Assembly (NCBI GenBank): GCA_020891255.1 | Contig: BQFW01000006.1 | Coordinates: forward strand, 496,001-560,000 | DNA from: Entomortierella parvispora E1425 | Lineage: Eukaryota; Fungi; Mortierellomycota | Direction: 5' to 3' | DNA length: 64,000 nt | Part shown: positions 32,026 through 45,732 of the stretch, piece by piece | Numbering within the stretch: position 1 is the first letter of the stretch | Layout: each line of letters opens with the position of its first letter | Translations under genes and position numbers: made by a program | The notes under the pieces: generated by a model | Database searches by the model: none | Told to the model about the DNA's origin: nothing | Seen by the model: only the letters and a program-made list of their open reading frames with translations

Positions 32026-32693
32026 ATCCTTCGACTCTTAGGTGTCCTCCAGGACTACCCGCTTTGTTCCCATGGCCAATTTCAGAAAGCGAACTTTTTA
32101 GCCCCAGAGTGCTTCCCCGGCAATCGACTCCAAAAGGGCACCAACCTCTACGCCGAAGCGTGCATATTCCGAAACAATTCTCACGCCGAAGGTTCCACAT
32201 CTAACTACCTGCAAAAGATGCTTCTACACGTACACACACAACACACACACACACACACCTCACAAAGTAAACTTCGGTACTTGACAAAAAGTGATGCATG
32301 ATGAACTAGGGCAATTGTAGTTAGAAGCTTCTGGAATCTGCATGAGGGAGGCAAGAAGTAGAGGGGAGAGGTGCTCAATTGTTGTCGGGAAAGGGTATGG
32401 GCAAGGAAAGCGGGGTGGACTTTGGGTGTGGGACAGGAAGTAGTAGAAGAAGCATATCAGGCAGTGAGAGGAGCCATTGGAGGCAAAGAAAAGGGTGACA
32501 GTGTAACGCCCAGGGTATGGAGGGGCTGAAAGATGAGCGAGACAATCATCGAATCAGAGCCGAACTGAAGTCCCTTGCTCATTTCCACGCGTAGTCGGGC
32601 GCGTGTCTCACAGCGATAACGCGACTCTGGATCCTTGTCGCCCTCAAGTCCATGTCAGGGAGTGCAAGCGCCGCTTGTCGTAGCTCCAATTTT

Positions 32694-33375
32694 TTATTTG
32701 GATTTTGGAGTTGAATCTGCCGATGAGCGCTGCTTGAGTGCTTCTTTCTGTCTATCCAAGCGTGGCATTTGACGAAATGTTGCTGTTTGAGGTAATGTCG
32801 GAGGATCGTTTGTTGAGGGGGAGGGCCTCTTTGCTGAGTACCATGCAAAATGCGCCATGGTTATCTCACCCATTGGCTGCAAGCCGCCATCGCCGATTAC
32901 TCCTCAGCAGATGCTTGGGTGCGGCTTTTTGATGTTCTTCTGATTTGATCCTGACTCCCGGAACCGACTGCTTGAGGCCTAATATCTGTCAAGTACGCGA
33001 AGATATCCACAACTATGTCGTCTTCATTTGGCAACCACCTTGCCTCAGTAGTCCAAGCACGCTTGGGTTTCACTTGCCAATACGGTTGATAGTATTGTGT
33101 GCTACAGTAAGTTATGTGTGGGGTTAACATGGAGCGCCTGATCCTGCGGCCATACAAGTCTTTCAGTAAAGAGGCTGGTGCCACCTTGGCAGCTAAAGAG
33201 TCAATGTCGTCTTCCTCTCTTCCTCCCATTTAAAACTCCAGACTTCAGGTTCGGGCCAACTTTTTCGAATTCGGCTCCTTTGGAGAGGGGCGCCATAGTA
33301 AAGGTCAATCCAGTTCAGTACAGTGGGGGTCATTTCCTTCATCAGAGGGTGATCTTGTTGAAGCTGTGTGTACAC
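32694..33375 (-). pseudogene. Probable pseudogene remnant of an unidentified protein family
   Basis: A 54-nt GTATGG...CTGTAG intron (33155-33102) joins LLKDF-TQYYQPYWQVKPKRAW...DIVVDIFAYLTDIRPQ...ASAEE. An in-frame TAA follows (32897-32899), then a frameshifted continuation GEITMAHFAWYS. Confidence 0.4.
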
Positions 33376-34120
33376 CCTCTCACATCAAATTATTTCATAC
33401 ACACAGCTCTATTGGACCCCCTACTTTGCGACCAGCCCCAAGAAATGAGGGTTTCCTCTTTGGGATGAAATTCCGCGCTCACTGACTGTCGGAGGGGATG
33501 GCGACGAGCCCACACAATAAAGATATCGAGGCACGTTTCCAAGATGAAAGGCTACCACTTCCTCTCCAGAATGAGGGTGTCTCCCCGCATTGTGACTCTC
33601 TGTCTTTGACCTGAATGGCTGCAGAAAAAAAAGCTCAGGTTACACACTTGGCGACAATGCATTCTCAAGACGTGCTGTGGACGGCGGGCGTCCAGGGGAA
33701 CGAAGGCACGTTTGGTCGACCGATGCTCGCTGTCTCGACAATGCAATTGCTGCTCTCAATGTTGCTCACCCATCAATCATTGAATTGACCCATCAATTCA
33801 TCATTCACTTCGTTAGCTCCCTTCATCTGGATGCTGTGCATTTGTTCCTTCAACCCAGACGACAGAACTTCCTTCTCATTTCTCACTGGCCTTTCTACAC
33901 CATTTCGACCCGCCACCTCTCTCTCATACTCTCTCTATCTCCCTTCCAACTTTGCTTCCACCATCTGTCCCACTCTTTTGCAAAGCTTCAGAGTCGCTCT
34001 CTTTTTTCTTAGTTCTGGAGGTTCTAGTTGAACTTTCTCTTCGGCGGAAGATTGTTTCCAAGTCTGTTGAGCTCGACTTTCTTTTTTTTTTGTGCTAGTC
34101 TTAAGGAATATTACCAGCCG

Positions 34121-34783
34121 ATGAGCGACAAACCAACGGTTCTGATCGTGGGAGCTGGCCTGGGAGGCCTCACCATGGCTATCCTACTTGAGCGCGCTGG
34201 GTTCGAGTATAGGGTCTTTGAGCAAAGCGAAGAGTTTCGGCCATATGGATCGGCGATTGGACTTGGATTTAATGTCATGCCTCTGATGGAGCAATTGGAC
34301 CTGCTAGAGGACATCCGGGCCATCTCCAAAATCATTGAGGTGACTTCTATCTGGAAGGATTCTATGGACCTGATCAGGAGCGTCCGACTCAAGGACAATC
34401 GAACTCTGTAAAGTAGCTTTTCTGGATGTTTCTTTTGTTGACGTTGTTGCCGTTGTTGTTTGTTGCGGCAAAAGTTGAACACAAGCGTAAACGTTCTTTC
34501 AGACCACATGGACTCTGACATGTTCTTTTTCTGTATTTCAGCACAGGATACGACTCTCTGATGATGTCAAGGTTCGATCTTCACCAGATCTTGCTATCTC
34601 GTGTTCCCAAGGAGAGAATCTTTATGAACCATAAGATTGAGTCCATTCTGCAAGACAAGCACAGAGTTACGATCCGATGCACCAACAATACGTTCCATCA
34701 GGCAGACATACTGGTGGGTGCAGGTAAGGAAAAAAGACCGAGGCGGATGAAAAAAAAGGCGGTAGACAGTCATTCATCCCCCC

Positions 34784-34820
<37 letters not shown>

Positions 34821-36522
34821 GAGCAGACGGTGCCTACAGTGCGGTGAGGCAGAGTCTTTATGACAGATTGAGCATGACAGGAAAACTACCAGAAGCAGAC
34901 TCAACTCTTCTCAAGATCCGACATACTACATACCTCGGCACAACCCAGCCGATGAATCCAGCAGACTTTATGGGATTGGACGAGCCCATATCCCATTGCG
35001 ATACCATTCTTGGAAGCAACGGACCAGAAACCGTAAGGACCCACTCATTTTTGTTTGTTTTGCGGCGTTCTCCTTATTGCCAGATGCTAACCCACATGGT
35101 GCAATTTATTTCGGCTATTTTTTTTTTTTTTTTTTTTTGACAGTGGAGATATTTCACAATACCAAACAATAGAATCAGCTGGAGAATTGATGTACAGGTC
35201 ATGGACGATGAAATGGTGGACCCCTATTGCGATACATCACGGAACTCTGAATATAGCCCGGACAAGGACTTTAAAGTACCGGAATCATGGAGAGGGTTCA
35301 AGCTTCCGATTCAAGGAACGGTTGGCGACCTGATTGATGCTACCCCAGCAGAATATCGGACGAAGGCAACGATAGAGGAGAAGGTCTTTGAGACGTGGTA
35401 TAATGGACGAACGGTACTTATCGGAGACGGTAAGATAGAAGCGGAAAGAGACAGCCGGGGACGGGATATGCCTTGGGAACAGTACAGTGCCAGATTATTG
35501 ACAATCTCTTTTTTTTGTGATACTTTCTCTTTGACGTACTGGGCACTGGTAATAATTTATCCACCTATGGGTCTCCTCTCCAGCCTGCCATAGGGTAAAG
35601 TGCTTTTCCGTTCTTGCTACTCTAATCATAACGGGCATTTTGAGATACGGTCCTTAACACGCGTGTATTACTGTCATCACTCGATTAGATGTTACCTAAC
35701 TTTGGACGCAGTGGTTTGAATGCCATGCTTGACGCTGTCATTTTGGCTAATGCCCTTTATGAAATCAATCCTCCCACCCCGTTTTCTTCTTCAACTACCC
35801 CGATGTCTCCAACAGCCGGCGCCATGCTGCTGCCGTCCTCCTCATCCTCATTTTCATCCACCACCACCAATTCATCTTCCTCCCGACGACCATCCACCTC
35901 CACAGTGACCACCACGAGTACCAACAACCCAACGACGGGCGGCTTCGGATCTCCAACTCTTTTCTCTAATTCACGCGGTCAAAAACTGATCAAGGCTGCG
36001 TTCGAAACATACTACAAGGAGCGATACCCGATCATGATGTCCGAACTGGCTGCCAGTCAACAAATGTTTCGCGTCATGGCAGGTCAGAGCAAGACCGAAT
36101 CCATAAAACGAAGCGTGATGCAGAAGGTGATGCCCAAATGGCTCTCGAACAAGTCAGAGTTCAAAGCCTCCTATCGACCTCAGGCGGCGTTCTTGGAAAG
36201 GCTCGAGAACAAAGGAACGTTGCCGGTACAGGAACAGAAACTTTCCAAGAAGTATCTGGCTATGCAGTTTCACTTACGGGCCGAGAGAAACCAACGGGCG
36301 AGGGCGACGAGTCTGGCGAGACACAGCATGGCCATAGGCGCTGGGGAAGAGTTTGGCGTGCGCTCGAGTGAGAATTTGAGCACATTGAAGGCAACGCGGA
36401 CCAGGACTCGATCCACGACGACCTCTTCGATTGATGAAGAGCTACCTCGCGGAGGCATCGCACCGGGATCCAGTTTGGATCTTTTTCAAAGGTCGCTAGC
36501 ACATATGATCACCAAAGACTAA
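34121..36522 (+). CDS. FAD-dependent monooxygenase, paralog of 25667-27579, multi-exon
   Basis: TVLIVGAGLGGLTMAILLERAG, DILVG|ADGAYSAVRQ, GRTVLIGD|ACHR|MLPNFGRSGLNAM, YRPQAAFLE. It has an S/T-rich insertion and an extended C-terminus. Confidence 0.9.
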
Positions 36523-36762
36523 CGGAAGGAGCCGAGGAGAAAACAAAATGAAAAAGAGAAAAAAAAAAAAAAAAGGACGGAAGGAGCGTGCATTTGGGGC
36601 TCCTCGATAATAAGAGGCGCTGGAATCGTTTCTTTAGGACTAAGGATATATCATTTTTGTTTGCTTATCATAACACCATTCATATTGAGAGACCATTGCA
36701 CTGCAGAGAAGATGATTAAAATGCAATTGTTATATTATGTTGGGACCGGAGGGCCACTGATA

Positions 36763-37780
36763 TTATTGCTCCTTCTTCGCGTTCTCAGATGCCTTGCGCT
36801 TCAATTGCTCAATGCGATCAGACATTCCTCCTGCAGATTGTCCCTTGGGCGTCTCTGAACCCACTGCCGAGGGTTCTGTAGGGGATCCAGATGTCGCCGA
36901 CATCTTTGCTGCTGAAGGAGTGGAAGGTGCCAAATGTTGGTTCTGTTGTACCTCTGCCATAATAGTCCTCAGTGGTTCTTCCTCTGTGAGCTCAGCATGC
37001 AGATAGAATCGCTTCTTGAACTGGTTTCCATCTGACAAGATTCGGCCGCGACCATCTCTCACTGTGGATCGTTGTCCATCCCGAATTCGAATGGACGAGA
37101 AAGGCGCAGAGCTAGGTTCCAGATCCGAGACTTTCACGGTCGTGATCCTCTTGCCTCCCAGGAAGGATAACGTCTCAAAGGAGACGGGTGTTGAGCGGTT
37201 GACGATCGCATTGTTGTCGCTATCCATGGGTAAGGTGTTGGGGATGGTGATCTTGCGAACGTACGATCCCAAGCACCATTGGACCAAAGCCGTTGAGGAT
37301 CCACTTGTAAACACAGCTATTGTCAACGGCGGCAGAGAAAGACAAAGCAGACAATGTTAATGGGATTTCAAAAAAAACAAACACCCTACAAGATGTTTCT
37401 GTCCGATCCAACATACCAGCAGCGGCGAGGCCACCACGGGCACTGGTGGAGAGACCAGCGTCCAAAAGGAAAATGAAGGGACAGAGAGCAACGGTGGCGC
37501 CCAATGACGAGATAGAGAAAAGTTTGAGACGCTTCGCAGTCTGGGAGAAGGGGCCTTCATAGATGGACAACTGACTGTCTGTATGGTGAGGTGAAGGAGG
37601 CGAGGAAGGCAGGGGGTTCGAGGGTGCGGCTGAGTGCTTGGTCCTGGACGAGGCGTGGAGAGGTGAAGCTACGACGGGCAGCTGTCCGTAGTGAGCACGG
37701 ACAAGGCCACGGATGGCTGGAGTCGATGGGAAGATGACACCGATGCGGCGGGTGGAGCAGGCTGCAGTGGTGATCAGCAT
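36763..37780 (-). CDS. TMEM70/TMEM186-family mitochondrial membrane protein (ATP synthase assembly factor-like), 2 exons
   Basis: Arg-rich, acid-poor presequence-like N-terminus. IYEGPFSQTAKRLKLFSISSL...TM...A|AVFTSGSSTALVQWCLGSYVRKI; FETLSFLG...T.V; FYLH. Confidence 0.75.
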
Positions 37781-38275
37781 GATGAAGATGGAGCAAAGGG
37801 AGAAGTGAAAGCACTTGCATGCTTTCAATGGTGATCAGATCAAAAAAGCGAGATCGGGTGACTGCGTTTCGCGGATGTGCTCAGGTCAGTTCTGGCGGCC
37901 GTTGAGTGGACGGAACGCGGCAGTCGAAGAACCAGAGGGATGAAGAGGAGGAAACCATGTGATGAGAAGAAGAGATGAACTAGTCAGGGGATGGACGAAT
38001 GATGGACCAGAAGTGAACAGAGAGGAGAAGAAGAGGAGGAGCAGGCAAGGTAGTGCTGATGCAGACAGTCCGTCCGTTGGACAGAAAAGAAATGGGATGA
38101 ACAAAGAGGACTTTGTGCCCGTGTCGTTTTTGGTCTGCTCCCAGCAGGTGCAGGTGCGGGTGACGTCAAATGCAGGGCTTTCGACTCTCCATCTGCCCCG
38201 TTTGCATCTCTTTCATTCTCCATCTAGCCCCCTTTCGTACATTCATCCCATCAATCCATCTCTTCTCACACAGCC

Positions 38276-39602
38276 ATGATCATTCTCGAGTACAGCAACC
38301 GCATCATCGAGGACACGCTTAATGCGCGCTTCAATCCGTAATGTCCGCCGTGCCCCGCCCTTTTCTCGACTTTCTATTCTTGCCCCAATGGACCAGAACG
38401 GACGAATATGTAGCAATGCAACTACAGAACTCAGCTCACAGTGACTAACGACTTCTTATCTGCCTTGCCTGTTTACCGCCTTGTTTCCACTGGTAGTGAG
38501 AACAAGCCAAAGCCCATCGAAATGTCGTTTGTCGACTTTGATGGCGTCTCATACCATCTCTCGACTCTTGAGGGTCAGGACACCAAGCTGCTCTTATCTA
38601 TCCGCTGGAAGTGCTGGCCTGAGCTCGTCAGCTATGGCGCCAACGATGTTCTCCAACGTGAATACGGTCCTTGGATCACTTCCCCCGAGTCCGGCTATGA
38701 CTTTTCACTTCAGTTTGATCTCGAGAACCTAGGAGCGGATCCAGGTACGATTACACCGGCAAAGAATGACTTTTTCAAACGGACAGGATTGAGGAGAGCG
38801 ACGTTTCCTTAGCCTGTATCTTTTCTTGGATGATCTTGTCGACTCACCGTATCGTATCATTTCTCACTTGTAGAGGAGCTCATCAAGAAGGTTGGACTTT
38901 TGAAGCGCAACGCCATGGCTGCTCCTTATGAACGCGCTTTTGATGCCCAGGCTATGGCCGAGAAGGAAGAAAACTGGGACCCCTCGTCTTCGCAATTAAT
39001 GGCTGTTCACTACCGTGACGGAGAGGCTGTTTACATTCAACACCAGCAGGATCGTGTCACCGTCATCTTCTCGACCTTGTTCAAAGAGGAGACTGATCGC
39101 ATTTTTGCCAAGGTCTTCTTCCATGAGTTTGCAGAGGTCAGAAAGAAGTCCATTTTCAGCCATTGTCCCCAGGTTTTGTACTCTAACAGAGAGCCACCAC
39201 TGGAAATTCGCTACGTTCCCGGTCTTTTGGACTCGGAGAGTCAAGGATATGTCACCTTTGGTAAGAAATAGGCAGTTTTCATGGGCGATATACTGACCGC
39301 ATTGTTGTAGATTTCTCGTATTTTTTCTGTGATCATGGACACTGACTGACGCTATCTGTTTGCTTGGATTAGTTCTCTTCCCCCGCAATTATATTCCTGG
39401 AGCCGTTCGTGAGGAGACGATTTCCCGTATCCAGATCTACAGAGACTACCTGCACTACCACCTCAAATGCTCCAAGGCTTACATGCACTCGCGTATGCGT
39501 GCCCGTGTCTCTGAGTTTTTGAAGGTGTTGAACCGTGCCAAGCCCGAGGATAACTCTGGAGAGAAGAAGTTGGCCAGTGGAAGAACGTTCCGCCGATCAT
39601 AA
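38276..39602 (+). CDS. ARPC2: Arp2/3 complex 34-kDa subunit, 4 exons
   Basis: [11 protein letters not shown]...|...[11 protein letters not shown]; [13 protein letters not shown]; IHYRDGE-type motif, [27 protein letters not shown]; [34 protein letters not shown]. Confidence 0.96.
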
Positions 39603-39939
39603 GGATAAATACAAGCTGCATGGAAAGCTCGACCGTGACAGACGGGACAGACCCATGAAGGAAGTTTACCCAAATTGGACATGCGAAATGGACATGCGAT
39701 ATGTCGATAGCTACCACAGACTACAGCGACAGCAACAGCAAGAGCACAGGTGGAATGGACATTGCAAAGAGGATTTAAAAAAAGCTTTTACATACCCAAT
39801 CTGGCGCGAACAATAAAAAACGCGAAAACAATCAAAAAATATTTTCTCTGTCCAACAAAAACGCACAGCCTGGGGTATTTGATCCGTTGGTTCGCATCAA
39901 GATTTTTTTTTGGTTTTGTTTGTTGCTTTGCAAAGCACT

Positions 39940-41183
39940 CTACATGGAAACTTCTCCTGAGTTGACAATCTTGACCTCCTTCACGGGGCGATCCATTCTG
40001 TTGGTCTCGGAGCCTTCAATCTTCTGCACAATGTCAAATCCCTCGACAACCTCACCAAAGACAACATGGCGATTATCCAACCAGTCAGTCTTGACGGTGG
40101 TGATGAAGAACTACAGAGGGAGGGACAGACAAAAACAGGGAATAAAGGACGAGAGGGTCATTAGTATCAAATTGTCATGGTTCAGACATATACCCAGATC
40201 CACCAATATGTACCTGGGAGCCGTTGGTGTTGCGGCCGGCATTAGCCATGGAAACAATTCCAGGGCCAGTGTGATGAAGCTTGAAGCTCTCGTCGTCAAA
40301 CTTGGATCCGTAGATAGACTTTCCTCCAGTTCCGTCTCCTCGGGTAAAGTCGCCCTAGTGAACAAGGACAAAAGTGTGAGCATCCGAACGCAACGTCAGG
40401 ATAATGTTGTTCAGTTACGCTATGACACAGTTCTTACTCCTTGAATCATAAAGTCCTACAGTCAAGCAGTCAAATGGCGGTGGCAGTTAATACCTCATAC
40501 GACAAAATAGATTGCTTGTCCAATTTGCAGATAGTGAGCAAAAAAAAAAAAAAAAGGATCAAAATCAAGCAATTACCTTGATAACACGGTGGAAAGGGCT
40601 TCCCTTATATCCATAGCCATTGACACCAGTGGACAACTCAACAAAGTTTTTAACAGTTATGGGGACATCCTACCAAAATGAACAGTGAACAAACGAGAGA
40701 ACTCGGCGAGTCAGTATCCCATGTCGTGGACCCTTTTGGTTCATCTGCATTCTCTTTGTGCTACATATGTCTTTGTCCTCGAGGTTTATCCATATGCTTA
40801 AACTTACGTTGCCATAGAGTCCAATGACCACGCGCCCAAGGGACTGGCCACCCTGTTCGATATCAAAGAAGACTGTGAAAGACGTAACCGAAAAAATGGG
40901 AAAAAATAAGAGGGCGTAGAGGATGATGGGAGGACCAAAAGATGTAATGATGTGTTGAGGTTAGGCACGAAAAGCAACACTGTACAACATTACTGCCTTC
41001 GGTATCATCGAATTAGTCCAGTCCATCCCTCAGTCATGTCGGACGTCAATGGTCATCAGGTGGGGAGGAAGAGGGGGTTATTTTGGGTGAATGCATACCC
41101 TTTTGGGTCACGGTTGCGGCATTGACAGAAGCGGCAAGTGCAGCGACAGCAGCGAAGAATGCGAAAGTGTGTTTGAAGCCCAT
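39940..41183 (-). CDS. Cyclophilin-type peptidyl-prolyl isomerase with signal peptide (cyclophilin B-like), 6 exons
   Basis: [28 protein letters not shown]|[22 protein letters not shown]|DVPITVKNF...[11 protein letters not shown]|DFMIQG|[16 protein letters not shown]...[13 protein letters not shown]|[21 protein letters not shown]. Confidence 0.95.
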
Positions 41184-42417
41184 GGTCTTAAACAGGAATA
41201 GAGGAATGAGGAGAGGAGAGGAGGAGGGATGGAGAGGTTAGTAGAGAACGAAGAGCATGCAAATAAATGCCAACGACTGTCTGTCTGCAGGTGGGGCATG
41301 TCAAAATTATCCTCTCCACAAGTGCACGCCACGGAGCAAATTGAGGGCGGCGTGCACTTGTGGAGTGGCTTTCGTGGGGATGTGGGCCAATGAGCGCGAG
41401 ACTCGGCCCAAGGAAGGACAACGCGTGTGGTGGTGGTGGTGTTTCGCGAAGAGAATGGGCTATCTGCGAACTATCTGTTGAGTGCTGTTTGCAGGAGTAA
41501 GGAAAACTACGACGATTGTGCCCAACAGGATGCGGAATAGTCAACGCGAAGAATGTCCTTCACCTCACCCTATCTATTGAACATGGTGGATGCCTGTGTG
41601 AACCGCTCCCTTGCCTCGCACAGCTGTTCCTTTCTCGACCATAGACTCCTCCTCGAGACCACATTGCGGACTAACAAATCGTAAACAAGCACGTCAGGGA
41701 TGTGATGTGCAGGGCAGGGTTTGGGAGGCCGGATTGCTGGGGTCGGTCAGATTGCAAACCCCCGCAACACCGATGAAAAGAATCGATGACAACATTTGCC
41801 AGCGGAAAATAGGACAAAGGAAAACGGAGAGGAGACAAGAAAAAAATCAAAAAGCAGTAAGGGAGCAGCACAAGAACAAGGGGAAAGCGCGATTGTGTTT
41901 GCGTTCATGTCAGCCAATGGACAAACAACAGGGCTGCCATCCATCCTTTCAACACCCGACAGCCACCCCCACCAGATGAGAAGATGGAGATAGAGATGGA
42001 GAGAGGGGGATGGATGCTGATGCAAGGGCCATCCTGCCCCCCTTTTGTCGACCTCCTTCGGATCTCAGCGATGACGACGGCCTCGTCGGAGATTTGACTT
42101 CATCAGTCTGGTGCGACAGGGGTGTGTGCCCCAAGCGCGTCCTTTTTTTATTGTCTTCGTCGTTTGTTGCACTGGATCCTTCCATCCATCCATCCTTCCA
42201 TCTCTCCGACCATGGAGGCACCAGGCGCGCGGTATAAAAGGGCAGAGTGCTGCCCTACGCTCGTTGTCAACCCTGCTGCAGTCGCATTCTTCACTCCTCT
42301 CCCCTCTCCCCTCTTTTCCTCACCCCTCCTGCAATCCAGGCCAGACAGATCGACCACTCGTCGACCCCATCTCTTCTCTCTGCTGTCCCCACTCAAGAAC
42401 CCGTACCGTCCACCATA

Positions 42418-45400
42418 ATGACCGCCAATCCTTCCTGTCCATCCACCCCCTCGCAAACTCTGCAGAAATCTGCACCACAAACAGAGTCGTCCCGAAAGAA
42501 ATGCAGTGCTTGCCTGCAGCGTCGACCGCACCATCACCACGCAGAACATCAACAACAACGACTCCCGCAGATGACTGTTGCAGCCACCGCAAACACATCC
42601 ACCCTTCAACAACGATCCCCAGAATTCTCGCGACGCTCTAGTGTCTCCTCTCTGCGTTCTACAGGACCTCATGGTACTACTATAACTGTGAACAAAGCGC
42701 CATGCTCTCCTTCTCCGCTGCGACCTTCCTCGCGCGCTTCCCTTTCCCACGCAACCCCAAAGAGCTCGCAACCCTCCAGCAGAAGCTCTTCAATGAGTCG
42801 CAGCTGCAACAGTCCATCTACATCTCTGGCAGATCGGCCTCGCTGGGTAGGGACATGGTCCGCCGCCAGCAGTGCCTTCCCGTCCTATTCATCCTCCGCC
42901 TATCCACCTTCACCCTCCGCTGCGTTGAATCGTCAATCCCCGTCATCATCTCTATCTTCTCCTGTCATATCCTCCCCAAAATCAGTTCGGCGTCGTCAGT
43001 CCATGCCCACCCCAAACGCATCGTACTCTTCATCTGCCTCCTCTCCATCATGTGCCACCTCTACTACCCCCAGCATGCGACGTGCCTCTGCCTCCAAGAT
43101 TACGCAAAGTAGACATGGAAAGCCGTTCTCTGACAAGGAGGCTGGGCGTGGAAGATCGCTTGAAACAGGCAAACGTAAAGAAGATCAAGATCGCCAAGAT
43201 GCCGCACGTTACAAGGCCGCCGCCGCTCGTACTGCGAGGGGTCAAGAAATCCTGCAAGGTGTGTCGCCTCAACTCCTGCAGCCGAGCTGCCTCCCTCAGC
43301 CCGGACAGCATGAGCCAACAGCCTTGTCGAATGAAGAGGCCGATGCAGAGTCTAGAGCATATCAGTCAAATGAGGAAGAAGTGTTGGTAGAAGTATTGGT
43401 AGGGGATGATGAAGATCATAGCGGCGATTCCACTTTTTGCCATCCCTCCGTAACCACTACAACTACTACTTCCGATACCACCTCCTCAAGATCCTCTACA
43501 CCGCCCCCTACATTATTCCCATCCCCTCTCCGATGGAGCACAACCTCCACGCCGACCCTAGCACCTGCTCTCATCCGTCGCTTCTCCTGTGCAGAGGGAT
43601 CTCTCGGCGGACCAGGATCTATTGCACCTCCAGTTGTGGACCCCGTTCAATGCCAGGATCCTGCTTCGAAAGTCCAAGAGACGTCCGTTGGCGAGGCCTC
43701 CAACTTTCGACGGAGACCGAGTCTCGCAGTCAACCAGTATTCACGGGATGTCTCTCCTGCAAGACAGTTATTCCCTCGGCTCTGGGATACACAGGAACCC
43801 TCCTTTGGACCACACAATGGCGAAGATGGGTACACGCAAGAACAACGAAACGCTGACATGCTTCGTGAACAATATCAACAGCAGCAGCAACGTAGACAAA
43901 GCGTCGGGTGCCTGAGAGACATTCTGGTCCGCAAAGGATCAAAGGCATCTCTGCTGAGCAGTCCGTTTGTCGGCCGGTCCGATACTACGGGAGCAGCAGC
44001 AGATCATCCATTGTCGCCCTCTACTGTCCTGCCATCTCAAGCTCAGACGCGCACACTGTCAAACTGCAGCAGCATTGAGTCCTTTCCCAAAATGACGCGC
44101 GAGAGAGTATCCTCCTCTAGCCTCAGGATGCAGTTTATCCGCGATTTGTTCGTGGCTACTGCTAGCTCTGCAGTCAATTCATTTTCAGGGTCTTCAGAGA
44201 CTGTCCCGTCTGAAGGTAAAGTTAGTTGCAGATACCAATGGAAGAGATGAGTCGTTCATAGCTTGGAAGCTTGAGTTAACAATTTAGAGCCTGTCCTTCT
44301 AGATGCGCCGCAAGAAAAAGTCGATCATAGTCGACGGAACTCTGTGAGCAGCAACCTCACCGCTGCGAGTGCCATTACCACTCACAGTTCAAACAGCGGC
44401 AGCAGTGGCGGCAGCAATGGTGTGTTTTCACCTGTCCTCCAACGACTTCCTCGACTACGAATTGGTACTTCAGGATCTATGGACTCACCACTTCGAAGCT
44501 GTGTGACCTCTGTTGCTTCACCTTCGTCCACGGCACCTTCGATTAACCAATCCAACAATCGCAATACCTCACCAACACCATCCAACACATCATCTGGGTG
44601 CCCATCTCCCATTCTGAGATTGATGAAGTCCATCACGAACTTGAAAGGTGTATCCGACAACAGCGCGCCGACCGCCTCACCCTCGAATACTCAACTACCG
44701 TCACAGGCGGTGACACGACCTGGAACCGAGCAATCCACACAGCAGGACACCCTGCTCTTGTTTGGTGGAGAGCCATCAGTCCTGCCAAAGGTCACATCTG
44801 AACCTTCGGTTTCTTCTGAGCTAGATCTAAACTGGACACTACTTAAGCGACAACTTCAACTCCAGCGGCATGCGGCGAGGGACGATGAGGATGAGGATGA
44901 AGACGATGAAGAGGAGGGAGTTCAGCAACAGGGATCAGCTGCTTGTGCCAATCGACCAAGCCATTCACTCCAGCAGTCTCAAAAGAGTCGGGTGCTTCTG
45001 TATCACTCGGAGCCCTTGTACTCGCCAACGATCGTAAATGAGATTTGGAGCTCAGGCAACCTCAAGGACGCAGCCAGGAAATGCTGTGCCAGTGGCAGTG
45101 GGGCCGTCATGACCCCGGACCTTGTTTTGTTTCAAAATTTGTATGGCGAGAACGATAGTATGGCACGACCAGAATTGGCGGATGGTTTGTCTGACGAGGA
45201 AGAGTCATCGAGCATATCCTCAAATAATGCTGCTGCTGCTTGGACTTCTTGGGCGACCATCATGCAGGCAGATCGAGCACGCTGGGCAGAGTCCTTGGCT
45301 AGAACGGCGGCGAGCACCATTCAGTTGAAGCTCAATCTTAACAAGGAGAAGCTTGAGCCTCATCAATTGGCCTTGCCCCCGCTGCTGTTCTCTTCCTCAC

Positions 45401-45732
45401 TTGGCGAATGCGTTAGCGACAGTCATCGTCGCAACGATGGCGATGCCGACTATAGCCTGAATGGGTCTCTGACTATAAGAGACTTTTACGGTATTGAGCG
45501 CACCGTGGATCACAACGACGTCGATAATGATGACGACGACGATGACGATGATGAAGAATCAGAGGCAGAAACGGTCATCCGAGAGGGATCTTCTTGTCGA
45601 TATAGCGTCTCCCCCCTCGTCAATGCTGAGAAACAGGACCCTTACAAAATTTCCCTGCGAGCAAACGTACTGGGATATAGCGAGAAATTCTACGGAGCAC
45701 AAAGCAATGGCACATTCACCGTATATTCATAG
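42418..45732 (+). CDS. Large Ser-rich, low-complexity hypothetical protein (about 1070 aa), 2 exons
   Basis: ATG at 42418, open to the GTAAAG donor near 44216. The acceptor CTTCTAG near 44302 continues in phase into the 462-aa ORF. No domain recognised. Confidence 0.7.

Noticed and set aside
25667-36522. Secondary-metabolite cluster (two FAD monooxygenases flanking GH105)
   Set aside because: No backbone enzyme (NRPS/PKS/terpene synthase), transporter or cluster regulator is nearby. These monooxygenases appear to belong to an expanded family.
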